Shown in pieces: positions 41,164 through 53,900 of a stretch of DNA of 64,000 bases. The number at the start of each line of letters is the position of its first letter. The first letter of the stretch is position 1. The stretch spans positions 62,001-126,000 of the forward strand of contig NIVC01001832.1 in the NCBI GenBank assembly GCA_002269645.1, written 5' to 3'. The DNA comes from Macrostomum lignano. Lineage: Eukaryota. Made by a program: the position numbers and the translations under genes. The notes below the pieces were generated by a model that searched no databases, was not told where the DNA came from, and was given only the letters and a program-made list of their open reading frames with translations.

Positions 41164-42450
41164 TACGAGGGCTGAGCAATAAGTTTCTAGATGTGCATAG
41201 TTGAGAGGCGGCTGACAAAATCTGACACAATAGGTGTCAAGTACATTATATAAGTAAAATGTTTGTAAAGTTTCAAACACACTGGTCATATATAGCCAGT
41301 GCAGCACCCAAACAAAGCTAGCATAGCCACCCTATCTATCAAATTCACAATGGAGCTCAATAGGAGTCATTTTAGAGCATTTTAGATTTTAAAAGTGGTT
41401 TGCGACAGCAAGAAAGTCTTGAGCGATTGCGAGGAGATTTTGGGGATGAAGAACCTTCTAGATCCACCGTTTTTTACTGGTTTGCCGAATTTCGATGCGG
41501 CAGGCAGAGTCTGGATAATGAGGAGCGCAGCGGCCGGTCTGTCTCCGCAACAACTGAGAATAATGTTGCTGCTGTCTGGGCCATGGTTGAGGATGATGCC
41601 TGAGTGACTGTGGCCCAGATAGAGGCAGAGGTGGGTATCTCATCAGGATGCATCAGGACGATCCTGTATTCACAGCTCAACCTGAGCAAGATTTCTGCAC
41701 ACTGGGTGCCTCATAAGCTGACTCCGGAGCAGGAGGCTCGGGTGACCTGGTGCTGCACCATGCTTGACAGATTCAATGGAGGCAGCTCAAACTCGGTCTG
41801 GGATATCGTCAGTGGTAACGAGTCCTGGATCTATAGTTTTGACCCGGAGACTAAGCAGCAGTCGGCCCAGTGGACTAGAGTTGGCGGCACCCCACCATCT
41901 AAGCTTTGGCGAGAGTGCAGCGTGGCGAAGCAGATGGTGGCCGTTTTGTGGCGAAAACTGGTCATCTGGCCACAGTTCCACTCGTGTAGCAGCGCACAGT
42001 CACCAGTGACTAGTATGCCAATGTTTGCCTGCCAGAAGTGCTGAGCGCTCTCTCCAGGCGTCGCCCAAGGACTCGAGCTTGGGGCATCCTTCTCCATCAC
42101 GACAATGCCCCAGCCCACAAGGCTCGACAGGTGGCGGAGTTCCTGGCCGCAGAGCGCATTTAAGAGCTCAGTCATCCAGCCTACAGCCTCGACCTGGCCC
42201 CCTGCAACTTTTTTGTGTTTCAAGTGCAGGATGCGTGGAATCTGCTATGGATCGCCAGAAGCTGCAGTGGAGGCCTTCATCTGGCATGTGGAGGAGGTGC
42301 CTGCTTCAGATTGGTCTAGCTGCTTCAGCAAGTGGTTTGAGTGCATGAAAATTTGCATCAAATCTGCTGGAGAACTTTGAAAAGATGTAACTGTTTTTTC
42401 TAACTATTTCTATCTGGGCACATCCAGAAACTTATTACTCAGCCCTCAAA
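41164..42450 (+). mobile_element. Full-length (~1.29 kb) but inactivated mariner transposon; transposase pseudogene at about 41350-42389
   Basis: ~33-bp TIR TACGAGGGCTGAGCAATAAGTTTCTAGATGTGC with inverted match ending near 42450, TA context. Motifs WVPHKL, GNESWIY.FDPETKQQS.QW, HHDNAP.H and a YSPDLAP-like segment, with stops and frameshifts. Confidence 0.92.
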
Positions 42451-44156
42451 TAATCAGTTGCAGGTCTATCTTTAAGTATATAATGACTCAAAGAATGTAC
42501 ACCTATATACATATATGAGTGCACAAGTGTACACATACAAGTTAGTTTGCCAGACATGCAGTACAGTATGTAGAGTATAGCCTACAGGGTATAGGCTACA
42601 GTGCAGTTTAGTACTGTAGTCTGCAATGCTGTATAAGTGAATAAATGAATGAATGAAGTGAATAAGTCGCACTGGATGGGTGAAATTTTGAGGTTGGGCA
42701 AGTATGAATGCGGGCCATAATTGCTTTGGGGCCTGCCTTGCTGTGCTCAGTTGTATCACCACTTGCTTGTATCTGCCTCTGCTCCAAACAATAATTGTAT
42801 TAGATTTACAACAATAGATAAAAAATAAACAAAAAATTATATATTACACAGAAAATTAAGTAAAAGGTTTTTTTTACTTTTAAAAAAGTTGTCATTTTTT
42901 AAATTGATTGCATATCATTGACAAAACTATTTTTAATATATAGGATTGTAAAAATCCAATTTTTTAGGCAAAAGTGATCATAATGCCTAATAGGTAAAAT
43001 GTATTATGAAAGTATTGAAAACTAAAGATACAGGAGTTATAACTTTTTATCGTTTTACTAATTTTAAAAGGTCTCTTTTAGTCAGGCAACAAAGATTTAT
43101 CAAATAGAAAAAACAGTAAAAAAACTTGTGAAATCTAACTAGAATCTATAATTATATAGGTTTCTATGCTTTTTGCCATTTGTAATTTTTGTTTACCCTA
43201 GTTTGATTTGCTTTAGTTAAAGACAATTAAATTATAAAGTATAGATGCTTTACAATATCACTATTTTAACATAGTAAATAAGCATTATACATTTTGTTAA
43301 GCTAATAGACTAATTTGTAATTTTTTTATTGTTTCTCATTTTATTTAAACAATTTATTAAGCCTAACTAATATTTTAGGTTATATAGAATTATTTTATTT
43401 ATCATATTTATGCTATAATAGGCTAGTGGGAGATAGTATCCTATACTTAAGATAGCTTTTTATATTTTTTAACCAGTGATTAAAAAACATTTTTATAGAT
43501 AAATAGTGCTTTTTGAGAATTTGTCATTTTTAATTTAAATTTTATTTATAGAAAAGCTTTTTGCATTGATAGCCTACATTTAGTAAAAGTATATACTTAG
43601 AATAATAGCCCCAAAATGATGAAAAGTGCAAATTTAAATATAGCAAAATATATGTAACACATAAGCTAAAACACCCTGGTAGATTCTGGATAAAAATGTA
43701 TATTGTATCTAGAAACTCAACTATATATATAATATGTACATAGCAATAATTGCCTAATTTGTTATAAATATGCATTTATAAGGTCATATTGATATCTGTA
43801 ATAGGGTTTCTTAGAAAGTTTCAATTCAAACTTGCACATGAAAAATGTATGTTGTTTTACTTTTCAAAATATTCTCAAAAAATAATAGTCTTTTGTTAAA
43901 ATATACTCGTTTTAGTTAATATAAATAGGAGCAAAGTTTAGGGAAAAAGATTCAACTTGCTTTCACGAATAAAATTGTTTACAGCTTGTTCAATACTTAT
44001 TTTTAGATCATTGCTTATTTTATTCTAAGAAATCTTAAGAGTTTGGAATCAGGGATTCATGCAAAGAGAGTACTAAGAGTAATCGCTGTGACCCTCTAAT
44101 CTTGGTAATACCCAGACTGGAGAGAGAAAGTACATATACCAGTAAGACTGCTCAGG

Positions 44157-44270
44157 CCATATACTAAGAATGCTACCAGACCATATACTAAGAATGCTAC
44201 CAGACCATATACTAAGAATGCTACCAGACCATATACTAAGAATGCTACCAGAACACTACAAGAATGCTAC
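44157..44270 (+). repeat. 24-bp tandem repeat CCATATACTAAGAATGCTACCAGA, ~4 copies
   Basis: Direct reading. Confidence 0.85.
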
Positions 44271-45044
44271 CTAGAAATGTATGATTCTAAGAAACAGTTA
44301 GAAACATAAGACAAAAATTTAGTGTCAGCAATAGAAATTTAATAGAAGGAAATTAAAAACCTGTAACAACTTTGGTGGCAATTAGTGGGATAATTGAATG
44401 ACAGAATACCCCTGCAACAACTTTGGTTATACCAGTAGGATTTATAAAGAGAGAACCAGGACTGCTATGACAACTTGGTGGCCTAGCAGTGGGACTGAAA
44501 TATATAGAGTAAAAAGAAGCCTTAGTCCAGATCATGCTGGGTGCACGCCTGAACAAAAATTGAATAATTACAAATGCATGCCGGAAAAAAATGTAGTGCA
44601 TACCCATTCTCAAAAATACGCTAGTGTTGCGACAATAAATGACCTTGTTATATGTTGAGACAATAAAATACTTTTTTTAATGTGTGATAGACCTTTATTA
44701 CCTGATAATTTGGTGGCTTTTTATGCTTATTTGGTGATAATATTTGCAGTGGAAAATTTATACACAAAAAATATTTGTTTAAATGCTCTTTTACGAGCTT
44801 GAAACAACTGGAAAGCTTGAAATTTGGGCTTAAAAATGAACTTTTTCATCTTTTTTCTACTTCACAATAACTCTTACGCATGATTCTATAAAGTGCATAC
44901 CAGGTGTGCACACATACTATCTTCTCAAGAGTGATGTACGCCAACTATGCACGCCTAATTTTGGCATGCAAGGCCAATGCATACCTGAATTTTTGGGCAT
45001 ATACTACATGATCCAGAGTGTGGAGAAGAAGTAAGCCCTATGAT

Positions 45045-45420
45045 GGTGCATGACCAAGACCGCCACATACCAAGACCACCACAGCTCTTATTGGCTACTG
45101 GAATTGAAGGGGAGCTACCAATCTTCCAGCATTGCTATTGGTTGTGATGGGTTGTGGAATTAGATAAGGAGGAAGCATCCTAAGATTAGTCATTAATAAG
45201 ATTAATAAGTGGCCCAAAACAATTGCAAGTCAACCAGGGCAATTTAAAAAATTCAAATTGAATGAAAAAAGAGGAGCTTGCATGACTCACTTACTCACCT
45301 GGCCTGCTTACCAGTTCTTCTCTTGTGGCCTTGTCTTGCTGGCTCCCTTCCTTAACACCATCCAATAACATGGCAAGCCAAATTCCTCTCCTTTAACTCC
45401 CCCAAGTGTGGTGGTCTTGG
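45045..45420 (+). mobile_element. MITE copy 1 (CCAAGACCGCCACA terminal repeats), right end truncated
   Basis: High similarity to the reverse complement of 46731-47148. Confidence 0.8.
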
Positions 45421-45789
45421 CATAGAATATACACAGAATGCCAAATTGAGCGATTTCCATGAAGCCAAATTAAAATTTATGTGCACTACTCTTGTTGTGA
45501 AATCTATGGCCAGTAGTATAAATTAGTGAAGAATAATTTAGCAAAGTCTTGCAGACAGTCAGAAATCCTACCTGGAGGACCAAATGTAAAATTTTATCAT
45601 TTTTTCATATTTTATTATCTAAACAAACCAAACAGTCTGAAGAACTCTAGTCAAACAGAATTCATTCGCATCATCAATAAGCAACAGCTACAACAACAAC
45701 AAGGTACTGCTCCCGCCAGCCATGCAGTAGCCAGAAAAGGGGGAGCAGTCAGAAAGCGCTAAGCAACAGATAAGAATTCATTCGCATCA

Positions 45790-46500
45790 CAGTTAAACAG
45801 CATTTAATCGCATCAGTTTCTTCCTCTTTTCAGCTCTCTTTATTCCTGTTGTATGCCCCCACTTTCTCTGCTGAGCGAGCATCCTCTGACTATTGCACCA
45901 ATGATGCAGGCGAAGTCTGGCAAACAACTTGGCCATTGCCTTCAGCACAGCATTTGCTGTGATCCGAGCTTTGCATCTGAATATTTGCAATGGGAAACAA
46001 TGGGAAAGAACTTTTCCTGAAGCTGTTTGCTCACATCCTTAAGAATGAATAGCTTTTTGTCTGTTGTCGTGAAGGAGCACTCCATCTGACAGACTGCAGA
46101 TATGACTGCCTTGTTGGGAATGATCAGATTTCCAGTCCCGCCTTATCCGTTCTTGAGCTGCAGGAAGCGCATCTCTTCCAAGCCATTGCCTTTTAATGAC
46201 TGCTGGCACTCCTCGCATTTTCCTCAAATTTGAATAGCTTGAAAAGTAGCCAGCCTCCAATGTAGGCGCACTTCTCATTTCCAATGCTGCCAACTATGCC
46301 AGCAGGCAGGTCTTAAGCTTCCTCAGTGGAGTCTGCTGAAATTAGACCATTGCCCTGCGGACCAAGACTAGGCGCACTTGCACTTGCTATTACTTTGGCC
46401 TGAAACTTGGTCAGCAAGATGCTACCATTGTTCTCATAGTTGCTGTTGGTCTGCAATAGACAGCCCAACAAGTGACTGACAGTGGATTTTCCAGCCATGC
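45790..46500 (-). pseudogene. P-element/THAP9-like transposase C-terminal remnant
   Basis: With a frameshift and a stop: AYIGGWLLFKLFK/RKCEECQQSL...G*GGTGNLIIPNKAVISAVCQMECSF...TANAVLKAMAKLFARLRLHHWC. This matches the YI.G....K...C..C, GGL..P and RLHH pattern of P-like transposases. Confidence 0.6.
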
Positions 46501-46730
46501 TTAATTAGTTAGTTAGAACTTAGTTTTCATTTGAAAGCAAAGAATAAAAGTTGCTCTTAGAATAGTCTATGGCAAAAACTCAAGTCCTACTTATCAAAGC
46601 TTCACAACAAGAGTAGGCTAGTGATTTCAATTCTTGCACCAATTTTTTAAACAAAAATGCTCAAATCAGCATTTTGTGTATATTCTGTGGGTCTTAGTAT
46701 GTGGCAATTTTGGTCCTGCACCCTTATGAC

Positions 46731-47148
46731 GGTGTAGGACCAAGACCACCACACACCAAGACCGCCACACTTGGGGGAGCTAGGAAGGAGGAATTTGGCT
46801 CGCCATGTTATTGGATGGTGCTGAGGAGGGGTGAGATGGGGAGAGCCAGCAAGACAAGGCCACGAGAGAGGAACTGGTGAGCAGGCCAGCCTGGCCAGGT
46901 AGGTGGTGAGCCAGGCTCCTTGTTTTTTTCATTTAATTTGAATTGTTAAAATTGCCCTGGTTGACTTGCAATCATTTTGGGCCACTTATTCATCTTATCA
47001 GTGACAATCTTGGGACACTTCCTCTTCATCTAACTCCACAACTCATCATAACCAATAGCAATGCTGGAAGATTAGTAGCTTCCCCTCAATTCCAATAGTC
47101 AGTAAGAGCTGTGGCGGTCTTGGTATGTGGCGGTCTTGGTCATGCGCC
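46731..47148 (-). mobile_element. MITE copy 2, complete, with 8-bp TSD CTTATGAC
   Basis: TIR ggtgtaggaccaagacc / ggtcttggtcatgcgcc; CTTATGAC at 46723-46730 and 47149-47156. Confidence 0.85.
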
Positions 47149-49617
47149 CTTATGACATATCTATGATATCTAATAATATTTTATTTATTAAATAGAAGAA
47201 ATTTAAAGAAATCATAGAGTAACTAAATAACTTGAATTAAATCTAAATTATTGTTGGCAAATTTGCTTTAAGCTTGTTTTGACTTTTAGTGGAACTTTTG
47301 AAATTTTTATTGATAGGGGGGCCTAGACATTTTATATATATATTTCAAGATGAATTTAAAGAATTTATTGGGATTAAAATAGTTTCTGTAATATGCATTA
47401 AAAGTCAAGCAACTTTATACTATATATAAGGACTTCAAGTTCAGTGAGATTTTTAGAGGTGAAAATTATTTACTCTACTAGAAAATTAAAACTTTAAAAA
47501 TTAAATTTTTTGATACTTTTTTGCAGTATTTGGTTAAATAATAAAAGTTTTTTAAGCAAAGGAGCCTACAAAGCCTAATATTGAGATAGTATATTTAAGT
47601 TACTTTTACTATTAGCTAACTTAGAGATTCTAATATACACAATATTTGGTCAGTCATAGGATGTCTTGGTGCATGCACCATAATCCAGATCATGTTAAAA
47701 AGTAGGCCCTAATTAGCAGATGTTTTTCTACATTTCTGCTTTTTAGGCTACGCTTCATACACTATCCATTTAATAAATCATAAGGACCAATCGAAATTCC
47801 ACAATGGCTCGGATAATTTGACGGTTAACAACTTAGCATAACTTAACCATAAAGTACACACATTTGAGCGCTACTGATCAAAACAGATTGTATTATTAGA
47901 GTTTAAACAAAACCAACATCTAAAACAACTAAAGTTATTGTTGCCTTTTTTTAAAATTGTATCTTTGTCACTTAAAATTTTTGCCTAATTTTAAAAAAAA
48001 TGATATTTTAAGAAATAATGTAAGGAAGGGAGGTTTAACGAGTATAACTTTATTTGAAGCTGATCTCTTAATTTGATCTCTGAAAACTGCAATTTGGAAT
48101 CAAAGGAAGGATCCCCTGGTTTGTTGTAAGGACGGAACACTCGCCGATCGTGAAAAAAGATACTAAGGCCTTTTACAGCATGGCATGCACAATGTTTTTG
48201 AGCATAAATGAAATGAAGCAAAAACAAGCAGTTTCTAATTGCTTCTTTCTGTTGGTAGTTAATGCATTATTATTTTAAATGAAATTTATCAATATTTTTG
48301 TTTACACTACATCGATAATTGCCATAAACAGCTTATACTCGGTAACTACTTAACCTTCCTATCTCCGTATACGCTAGGCAAATCCAATGCGATGTACTGC
48401 AATTAGTATAGTTAGGTATAGCCGCTGTGTGTACATGACATAGTAATACAATGATGAATTCATGTGTACATGTACGAGTAAATGTGTAACTGCATTACAA
48501 CAGCACTAATTAACTATTGATTGTGTTGTGATGTGATCTAAAACGTATAAATTTTTTCAAATGATTGAAGGTCGAGTGACTATTACCAATTTTAGACATA
48601 CTCGAGTATGACTTCTGATCTATTTATATGCTTGGAATAAAACATTAAACAATTGTTACTAAATCGTAATGTTTAAGTTCATTGAAACAGAAAATCTAAT
48701 AGCAGATTGCTACGCATTGCTTGTGAAATATAGGAATAATTTTGAGATGCAATAAATAACAAAGTTTACTAGCATATCGATATTGCGCTTATCGAATGAC
48801 CAATCAATTATTGTGTTTCTTAGAGCTATATATGCGCAGTAAAATATTTAGGCGATGTCTAGAATAAAAACGGAGCTATTTATGCTTGTATACCAAATGG
48901 CTTAAAATCTGCATGCTGACTGGAAGGTATAAAGCACACTAAAGTTAATAATTAATAATTGTCACTTTCACGTGCGGGTGCACTACTGCTTTTATTCGTT
49001 AGGTATTGCAAAAGTGCTTTTAACTGTGGCCATACTTACTAATTTAAAACAGTTTCAATTGAAATCAAATGAACGGAGTTTAGCAAGCCAAATGATCGTC
49101 AAACGTTGATATCTCGAGTTAGGACAGGACGAAAAAAATCGCACATAAACTTGGAAAAAGCACGATTATTTTACCAAACTAAAAAGAGAAATTCGTGGCA
49201 TTGATTTCATTATGCATTCTGTTCTTTATAGCAATATGTGGGAATCAAAGCTTCGTTTGGATTTAATTAAACTCGCGTAGCAACAGCACGCTTGCTAAGG
49301 CGAGGACAATTACAATAGCTTGCTTGCTGGCTCGATCAGGTATCCCTCGGTGTTCAAGTATTGCCTTTGACATGCTAGAGAATTTGGCCAAGCTAGTTGA
49401 TACTCGTACATTAGCTAATACAGACTGAGGATAATTTTGTCTATGGCTAAACCTTACTTCCGTTAGAATGTTTTGAGCTGGGGTTAGACTGGGCCCCAGT
49501 CTAAATTGTCTGAATTGAATTTCCGCTAGTTTTTTAGAACCGGAATTTGATCAAAATTGAACGTGAAAAGGTGTATCGTATAATGCTATAATGCTAATAT
49601 TAGTTCAGTATTCTTTG

Positions 49618-50511
49618 GTTGATACTCAGCTATCTGCTGCATGCAGACACAGACATAGACAGACAGCTTGATAAGCAAATATACTCAGCAACATTGAAAA
49701 GTCGCCACTCTATGCGCCAGTGAGCATTTTTCTCGGACTATTCTGAAATAAAAGGTACGAGAAAACTGATCCGGGTAGCTTTAATCCGTCCAACCCTCGC
49801 ACAACGCCCCCCCCACTTTATTCCTCAACTCAAGTCTGCCGCAGCGTAGCTAAGTTGCGTCACTCGCAAAGACTGAGACTTTACCTGCACTCTCGAAAGT
49901 GGCGACCACAGACGGAATCTTCTGTGATGCCGACTTTTCGATATAGATAATTGGACACGCGAATTGAGAATCACGCCATTTTCTGTTGTTTCGTCTCGCT
50001 CATAACCCCACTCTCTGCATACGAGATGGCACCCCCTGCGAGTTCTGCTGATCGAACGCTGCGGAATTCGCCAACTCTTTGCTGAAGGCAGCGATCAAAA
50101 GCCGCCTGACGCAGCCCGACGTTGTCGAAGAGGAAGCAGGTGCCCCCGACAGCATCAAACAGGAGGAACGGCGGAGGTTTATGTTATTGGAGAGGGTGGC
50201 GAAAGAATCGTGGCCGCATGGGAGCTGAAAAGCTTCCGCCGGCTGGGCCGTTAGCTGGCGATGCAGCCATTCTGAACATTTGCATTCTGCGTTGTTCTGC
50301 TTCCTGGTTTCTGCATTCTGAGCTGCATTCCGCATTCTCAATTCGCGTGTCAGGCTGTCTATAGTGGCAATGCATATTGACGCTCCGTCTACGAGTATGT
50401 CTGTGTCTGGGGTCCACGAGAATTGCCCGCAGACGAATTGCCCACGAGCTTTTCCCGCCGGGCAATTCTCGTGCTCCTGTGTCTGCATGCAGCAGACAGC
50501 CGAGTCTCAAC
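49618..50511. mobile_element. Nested TIR elements: outer ~40-bp TIR element, inner element 49955-50351, and a 67-bp MITE in the right outer TIR
   Basis: Outer TIR GTTGA.ACTC.GCT.TCTGCTGCATGCAGACACAGACATA; inner perfect 18-bp IR GACACGCGAATTGAGAAT. Confidence 0.65.
50410..50476. mobile_element. 67-bp Mutator-type mini-MITE with perfect 9-bp TSD CTGTGTCTG
   Basis: TSD at 50401-50409 and 50477-50485; TIR core CACGAGAATTGCCC / GGGCAATTCTCGTG. Confidence 0.8.
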
Positions 50512-50930
50512 TATTCATAGATTGGCCAAATTTTCATTTCACTAGGCAACTTGTGGGATCTATGCAGCCCACCAAGAAGTAGTGTGTACACTGAATGACC
50601 ATTCCATATAAGCGTAGATATTACAGCTTGTTTCTGTGCACACACTAAGATCCAAAGATCAAAGCTCAATGATACACGTATAAACCGTTCGATCAAATTT
50701 CAAAACAGAATTTGAGACTTAAAAGAAAAAAAAACGCAAAATTATATAATAATAATAATACAGACTAAAAATCAGTAATGAAATTTATGTCTGATCAGTA
50801 GAAAAAAAACTGTGACAAAATATTTATAAAATATTTAACAATTTACTCGTATTGCACAGTGTCAGTTCCCTTGAAGTAGACTGATTAATTAATATGGCCA
50901 TGTACACTTAGCGTGAAGAATATGCAATTC

Positions 50931-53900
50931 CTAGCCCATATTTGGTCTTGCTGGGATCTGCGGCACGCCGCTGGAACCGCCGCCGCTGCCGCCGCTTGGA
51001 CGCCTGTAGAAATTTAGTTGAATTTGATTTTTTAATAAAATTGGCAGTTTTTCAGCAGTATGCACAGTAAAAGTACGGTGCACGCTAATTATTAAAGCAA
51101 CAAATTTCAATGGAAATAAGAACTGCTGGTTGTTAAAGTAATTAAAACAGTGTTAGTGAGGAGGCTGCTCATGCTCTACTAAGGCAATCCAACTCACGAT
51201 GGCAACAATGGAGGCGGGAGACTGCCGTCCGGTTTGTTATACTGCCTGCAAAAATATCCGTTAACAGATAATTAGTTCACTACCGGCTTGATCCTGGCTA
51301 TGCGACGCATGGAAACACGTCTTCAAAAAAGTGCAAGTTTTTAAATATCAAATTATAGTTAATTCTCGACATCTTCTAGGTAAACAAAATTTGCAGAAGC
51401 TCTTTTAATTTTAAGCTCGGCAGCTGAGCCAAATCAAAGGCTACGGGTCTGCGTTTTTACGTTATGGAGAGCGTCCGATGTATCGAGGTAGCTGGATTAG
51501 TGAGGTGGCTGGATGAGTGAGGTGGCTGGATGAGTTAGGTGGCTGGATGAGTTAGGTGGCTGGAAGAGTGAGGTGTCTGGGGGAATGAGGCGGCTGGGGG
51601 GTGAGGTGGCTGTGGTAGTGAGGTGGCTGTAGGAGTGAGGTGCCTGGATGAGTGAGGTGACTAGAAGAGTGAAGTGGCTGGATGAGTGAGGTGGCTGGAA
51701 GAGTGAGGTGTCTGGGGAAATGAAGTGGCTGGGGGAGTGAGGTTTCTGGATGAGTGAGGTTGCTGGGGGAATGAGGTGGCTGGGGAAGTGAGGTGGCTGT
51801 GGGAGTGAGGTGACTAGAAGAGTGAAGTGGCTGGATGAGTGAGGTATCTGGGGGAATGAGGTGGCTGGGGGAGTGAGGTGGCTGGGGGAGTGAGGTGGCT
51901 GGGGATTGAGGTGGCTGAAGAAGTGGGGTAGCTGGATGAGTGAGGTGGCTGGGGGAATGAGGTGGCTGGGGATTGAGGTGGCTGAAGAAGTGGGGTAGCT
52001 GGATGAGTGAGGTGGCTGGGGGAATGAGGTGGCTGGGGATTGAGGTGGCTGAAGAAGTGGGGTAGCTGGATGAGTGAGGTGGCTGGGGGAATGAGGTGGC
52101 TGGGGGAGTGAGGTGGCTGTAGGAGTGAGGTGACTGTAGGAGTGAGGTGGCTGTAGGAGTGAGGTTGCTGGATGAGTGAGGTAGCTGGATGAGTGAGGTA
52201 GCTGGATGAGTGAGGTAGCTGGATGAGTGAGGTAGCTGGATGAGTGAGGTAGCTGGATGAGTGAGGTGGCTGGGGGAATGAGGTGGCTGTAGGAGTGAGG
52301 TGACTGTAGGAGTGAGGTGGCTGTAGGAGTGAGGTGGCTGTAGGAGTGAGGTAGCTGGATGAGTGAGGTGGCTGGGAGAGTGAGGTGGCTGTAGGAGTGA
52401 GGTGGCTGTAGGAGTGAGGTGGCTGGGAGAGTGAGGTGGCTGTAGGAGTGAGGTGGCTGTAGGAGAGAGGTAACTGGATGAGTGAGGTGGCTGGGAGAGT
52501 GAGGTGGCTGTAGGAGTGAGGTGGCTGTAGGAGAGAGGTAACTGGATGAGTGAGGTGGCTGGGATTGAGGTGGCTGAAGAAGTGGGGAAGCTGGATGAGT
52601 GAGGTGGCTGGGATTGAGGTGGCTGAAGAAGTGGGGAAGCTGGATGAGTGAGGTGGCTGGGATTGAGGTGGCTGAAGAAGTGGGGAAGCTGGATGAGTGA
52701 GGTGGCTGGGAGAGTGAGGTGGCTGGGGGAGTGAGGTGGTTAGAGAAGTGAGGTTGCTGGGGAAGTGAGGTGGCTGGGGGAGTGATTCGAATAATTCCCT
52801 ATTACAATGAATCCCAAAAACACCAGTTTGCGGTTCTTTCAAAAAGGTTTAACTTGCTTATCAAGGACGCGGTCAAACAGCACAGACAGATACATATAAT
52901 ATTGCGACGTAAAATGACACTAATTGTGGCGCGATCATAAAATAAAGGCAGCTTACTAATATGATCGCAAAGATATAAGAATAGTGCCTACATTGAACGA
53001 TTTGTTGGACAGCTGACTAGCGGAATGCGTCAGTCGATGCATCGCTGCAGTAACTGCTGGTCGTATTAGTTGTTTGCAGGTTGGAGGTCCAATCTCGGGC
53101 AGATTTATTAATTGATACTATCAAATATTTGTTACTAAGCTAATGTTTAAAAAATGAGAATTAAGGGAAGCAAACATAGTAAAGGCTGTGCAAAAGCTTA
53201 TATAACAGCACTAGTATTTCAATTGAAACTGAATGTGACGGAGGAAGTTTAACTAAAAATAAAAATATATATATTATGCTTCTTTAAGTTTCCATAAAGT
53301 AAAGACAATTATAAACATAAAAAGATAAAACTTATAAACTTAGCCTAGATGCTGTTAAAATACATATACTAGGTTATAGCGAGTACTAGCTACTAAAAGT
53401 AATAATATATCACAGGAATATGACGAAACAAAAGTGTGACCTGTCACAGTTTTTGGTGACCGTCAAGTGTGACCGTGATGTGACCGTCAGTTAATAATGT
53501 TGTGACATTAGTTAGGATTTAAAAAAACAACATAATAAACGTCTAAAACGAACAAGTTGGTATGAGTGATCGTTTATTATATGACGGTCACATTAGTCAA
53601 AATATGACACCGTATCACTCTTATACGGGTGATTTACAGACTACCTAGCAACTACAGACAACAATAAATCTTGTGAAGATTTAGTAGGATATAATAATGC
53701 TAAACAGAACTGCAGTTTCCGACACGGCTAGAAACTTCAGTTATAAATAATAGTCCAAAGTCACGACACAAAAGGCAATCTAAAGTAGGAAAGGTGACTT
53801 TATTAACTAAATAGTTCAGGTTTTGTGGGTGTACTGAGACGGGGATTTAGTAAAATTTCAGCTTAGTTAGGTTCTATTTTTTGCGTCCAGTCCTGCGGGG

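Noticed and set aside
44380-44660. 86-aa ORF with faint GIY-YIG-like C..N.G.TSR...ER pattern
   Set aside because: Key residues missing; too weak without an HMM search.
53874-53892. Possible extra short dynamin terminal exon (atcgccccgcag|G ACT GGA CGC AAA AAA TAG)
   Set aside because: In frame but too short to distinguish from chance; needs junction reads.
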